Source: the human T2T-CHM13v2.0 reference genome, Homo sapiens
NCBI RefSeq assembly: GCF_009914755.1
Contig: NC_060948.1
Direction: 5' to 3' (one strand)
DNA length: 64,000 nucleotides
Part shown: one piece after another, positions 58,878 through 64,000 of the stretch
Layout: every line of letters begins with the position of its first letter
Numbering within the stretch: the first letter of the stretch is position 1
Notes under the pieces: model-generated
What the model was told of the DNA's origin: nothing
What the model saw: only the letters and a program-made list of their open reading frames with translations
Database searches by the model: none
Position numbers and translations under genes: made by a program

Positions 58878-61005
58878 AGATCCATATTTTTTAAATGAAA
58901 AAAAATTTCAAAGGTACTCTGCTTGGTACAATAATCAAATGTATAAACTGAGGAATAAAACATAACCATGAAACCTACTTATAAATGCATATGGAAAATA
59001 CAGAGGATAATTTTTTAAATAACATATTTTGAAAGCCTTAACTAGTAATTTGAAGAGTTGGCATTTGTAAGGCCAGTATGAATATACCTTCAAAGCAGCA
59101 ACACAGGTTCCCCATGAGAAAAAGCAAACTCAGGGAAAATAAAACCACAAAGGTTCAATCTCTTCTGACCTTTGAAAGACACAGCACAGACAGTGGTCCT
59201 TAGGACGAAGAGCAGGAGACCCCTAGTTCCGTCACCATGGCGATAGGGCATAAACATTGCTGGGTGAGGGCACAATCCACATTGTGAGGTCCAACTGCTG
59301 CCAGGAAGACAGGAGTGCTTTTACATAGACCGAAAGGTCATTGAAGGCTCAGAGTTTTGTTTCAAGAACTGAATCCCAAGCCCACACGTTATTAGGCTGC
59401 GCTTCTTAAAACAAGTTATGAGATGGGAAAAAGGGCACCCACAAACATACGTATACATTATGTATATAATAATATACATTATCATATATAAAATATGTAT
59501 AAACTATGTATAATATTGTTTTACATCCTGCATCTTATATTATATATATTGTATAAAATATAATAATTGATAATATATAAGTTTTATATTTATACAATAT
59601 GACATATAGTATATATTATACTTTATGACATATATAATATATGTTATATATCATATATAGAATATATTATACGGTTAATATACGTATTAAATATAAATTA
59701 TACATTATATATATTATATAAAATATATCTGTTATATATAATACCCATTATGCATAATATATATATTATGTCTATGTTATATATAGTATAAAACAACATA
59801 TAATAATATATAATTGTATATATAAAATGCGACATATAATATATATTATATTTTATGACATATGTAATATATATTATATATTATATATAATACGTTGTAT
59901 GTATAATACCTATATTAAATATATATTATATGACTATGTTATTAATTACATGTCACATATGTTATATATTATATATTTTACATAGAATATATCGGTTACA
60001 TACAATATATGCTATGTTACCTATAATGTATAATTGATTACATGTAAAATAAAGAATGCAATATATTATGTATAATTTATAATATACAATATGTGGAATG
60101 TGATATATATAACATATAATATATGATATATGATATACAGTATATGATATATAACATACAATATATGATACCTAATATATATGGTATACAATATATATTT
60201 TATGATATGTATTCTATATGTTTTATATTCTGTTATATATAACTATTTGAAATTATATATAACTGTATAATATTTTATGTAAATATGTAATATAATATAT
60301 ATAACTATATAATATATTATATATAACTATATATTATGTTATATATACTTTTATAACATAATTTACATAAAATGTCATAATATAATATATATTATATTAT
60401 TTCACATTACATAATATATATTACATATCACCCAATATAAGTAACATACATAATATTATAATATAGATTATATTATGTTATATTAAATATCATATATATC
60501 ATGTATCATATATTCTATAATATATATTACACATTATATAATATGTATGTTGTCTATTTTGTGATATATAAAACTATATATATAATTATATTATTATACA
60601 TATAACTAGGTAAACATGTAATTCTACATATTTTCATTTGTAATATATAGAATTATATAATCATATATAATTATTTATATTCTATAAAAAATTATATCAT
60701 TATATAAATTATAATATAAAAAAATTATAATATGTACTACAAATATATATATTATATATCATATATGATATAGTACCTTTGTTATATATCATAATACATA
60801 TAAATGTGTATTATTTTATCTATAATTATATAATTTCATATATAAGATTTATAATATGTATTATATATTGTCTATGTTATGTAATATATATAGTATATGT
60901 AAGCTGACACAGGATAAATATTATATACTATGACATATAAAATATATGAGGTTATATGTTACATATAAGGCATAGCACATAACATGTAATATATATCATA
61001 TATAA

Positions 61006-61297
<292 letters not shown>

Positions 61298-63401
61298 AGA
61301 TCCATATTTTTTAAATGAAAAAAAATTTCAAAGGTACTCTGCTTGGTACAATAATCAAATGTATAAACTGAGGAATAAAACATAACCATGAAACCTACTT
61401 ATAACTGCATATGGAAAATACAGAGGATAATTTTTTAAATAACATATTTTGAAAGCCTTAACTAGTAATTTGAAGAGTTGGCATTTGAAAAGCCAGTATG
61501 AATATACCTTCAAAGCAGCAACACAGGTTCCCCATGAGAAAAAGCAAACTCAGGGAAAATAAAACCACAAAGGTTCAATCTCTTCTGACCTTTGAAAGAC
61601 ACAGCACTGACAGTGGTCCTTAGGACGAAGAGCAGGAGACCCCTAATTCCGTCACCATGGCGATAGGGCATAAACATTGCTGGGTGAGGGCACAATCCAC
61701 ATTGAGAGGTCCAACTGCTGCCAGGAAGACAGGAGTGCTTTTACATAGACCGAAAGGTCATTGAAGGCTCAGAGTTTTGTTTCAAGAACTGAATCCCAAG
61801 CCCACACGTTATTAGGCTGCGCTTCTTAAAACAAGTTATGAGATGGGAAAAAGGGCACCCACAAACATACGTATACATTATGTATATAATAATATACAGT
61901 ATCATATATATAATATATATAACCTATGTATAATATTGTTTTACATCCTGCATCTTATATTATATATATTGTATAAAATATAAAATTCATAATACATAAC
62001 GTTTATATTTATACAATATGACATATAGTATATATTATAATTTATGACATATATAATATATGTTATATATCATATATAGAATATATTATACGGTTAATAT
62101 ACGTATTAAATATAAATTATACATTATATATATTATATAAAATATATCTGTTATATATAATACCCTTTATGCATAATATATATATTATATCTATGTTATA
62201 TATAGTATAAAACAACATATAATAATATATAATTGTATATATAAAATGCGACATATAATATATATTATATTTTATGACATATGATATATATATTATATAT
62301 TATATATAATACGTTGTATGTATAATACCTATATTAAATATATATTATATGACTATGTTATTAATTACATGTCACATGTGTTATATATTATTTATTTTAC
62401 ATAGAATATACCGGTTACATACAATATATACTATGTTACCTATAATGTATAATTTATTACATGTAAAATAAAGAATGCAATATATTATGTATAATTTATA
62501 ATATACAATATGTGGAATGTGATATATATAACATATAATATATGATATATGATATACAGTATATGATATATAACATACAATATATGATTCCTAATATATA
62601 TGGTATACAATATATATTTTATGATATGTATTCTATATGTTTTATATTCTGTTATATATAACTATTTGAAATTATATATAACTGTATAATATTTTATGTA
62701 AATATGTAATATAATATATATAACTATATAATATATTATATATAACTATATATTATGTTATATATACTTTTATAACATAATTTACATAAAATATCATAAC
62801 ATAATATATATTATATTATTTCATATTACATAATATATATTACATATCACCCAATATAACTAACATACATAATATTATAATATAGATTATATTATGTTAT
62901 ATTAAATATGATATATATCATGTATCATATATTCTATAATATATATTACACATTATATAATATGTATGTTGTCTATTATGTGATATATATAACTATATAT
63001 ATAATTATATTTTTATACATATAACTAGATAAACATGTAATTCTACATATTTTCATTTATAATATGTAGAATTATATAATCATATATAATTATTTATATT
63101 CTATAAAAAATTTTATCATTATATAAATTATAATATATAAAAATTATAATATGTACTACAAATATATATATTATATATCATATATGCTATAGTACCTTTG
63201 TTATATATCATAATACATATAAATGTGTATTATGTTATCTATAATTATATAATTTCATATATAAGTTGTATAATATGTATCATATATTATATATGTTATG
63301 TAATATATATAGTATATATAAGATGACACAGGATAAATATTATATACTATGACATATAAAATATATGAGGTTATATGTTACATATAAGGCATAGCACATA
63401 A

Positions 63402-63716
<315 letters not shown>

Positions 63717-64000
63717 AGATCCATATTTTTTAAATGAAAAAAAATTTCAAAGGTACTCTGCTTGGTACAATAATCAAATGTATAAACTGAGGAATAAAAC
63801 ATAACCATGAAACCTACTTATAACTGCATATGGAAAATACAGAGGATAATTTTTTAAATAACATATTTTGAAAGCCTTAACTAGTAATTTGAAGAGCTGG
63901 CATTTGAAAGGCCAGTATGAATATACCTTCAAAGCAGCAACAGAGGTTCCCCATGAGAAAAAGCAAACACAGGGAAAGTAAAAACACAAAGGTTCAATCT

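Overview
The whole 64 kb window is one uninterrupted, same-orientation tandem array of a ~2.42 kb composite satellite. Periods measured between homologous anchors are 2409-2421 bp, giving 27 Alu copies and about 26.5 units. Each unit has three parts: a ~290 bp antisense, 5'-clipped, CpG-decayed Alu; ~575 bp of complex HSATI-type sequence; and ~1.55 kb of extremely AT-rich degenerate simple sequence. This architecture, the unit length and a predicted ~2.15 kb HaeIII fragment match human HSat1B/DYZ2, most likely from Yq12 heterochromatin. Smaller HSat1B arrays on acrocentric short arms cannot be excluded from the sequence alone. I see no credible protein-coding gene, RNA gene or novel enzymatic system, and the ORF track consists of the same chance ORFs recurring with each unit. 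The unexplained information lies in unit-to-unit variation: two haplotype families arranged in blocks (A-B-A-B), recombinant boundary units, short conversion-like patches, recent single-unit duplications and an incipient 3-unit (~7.25 kb) higher-order repeat. All variant calls were made by eye and need confirming by alignment.
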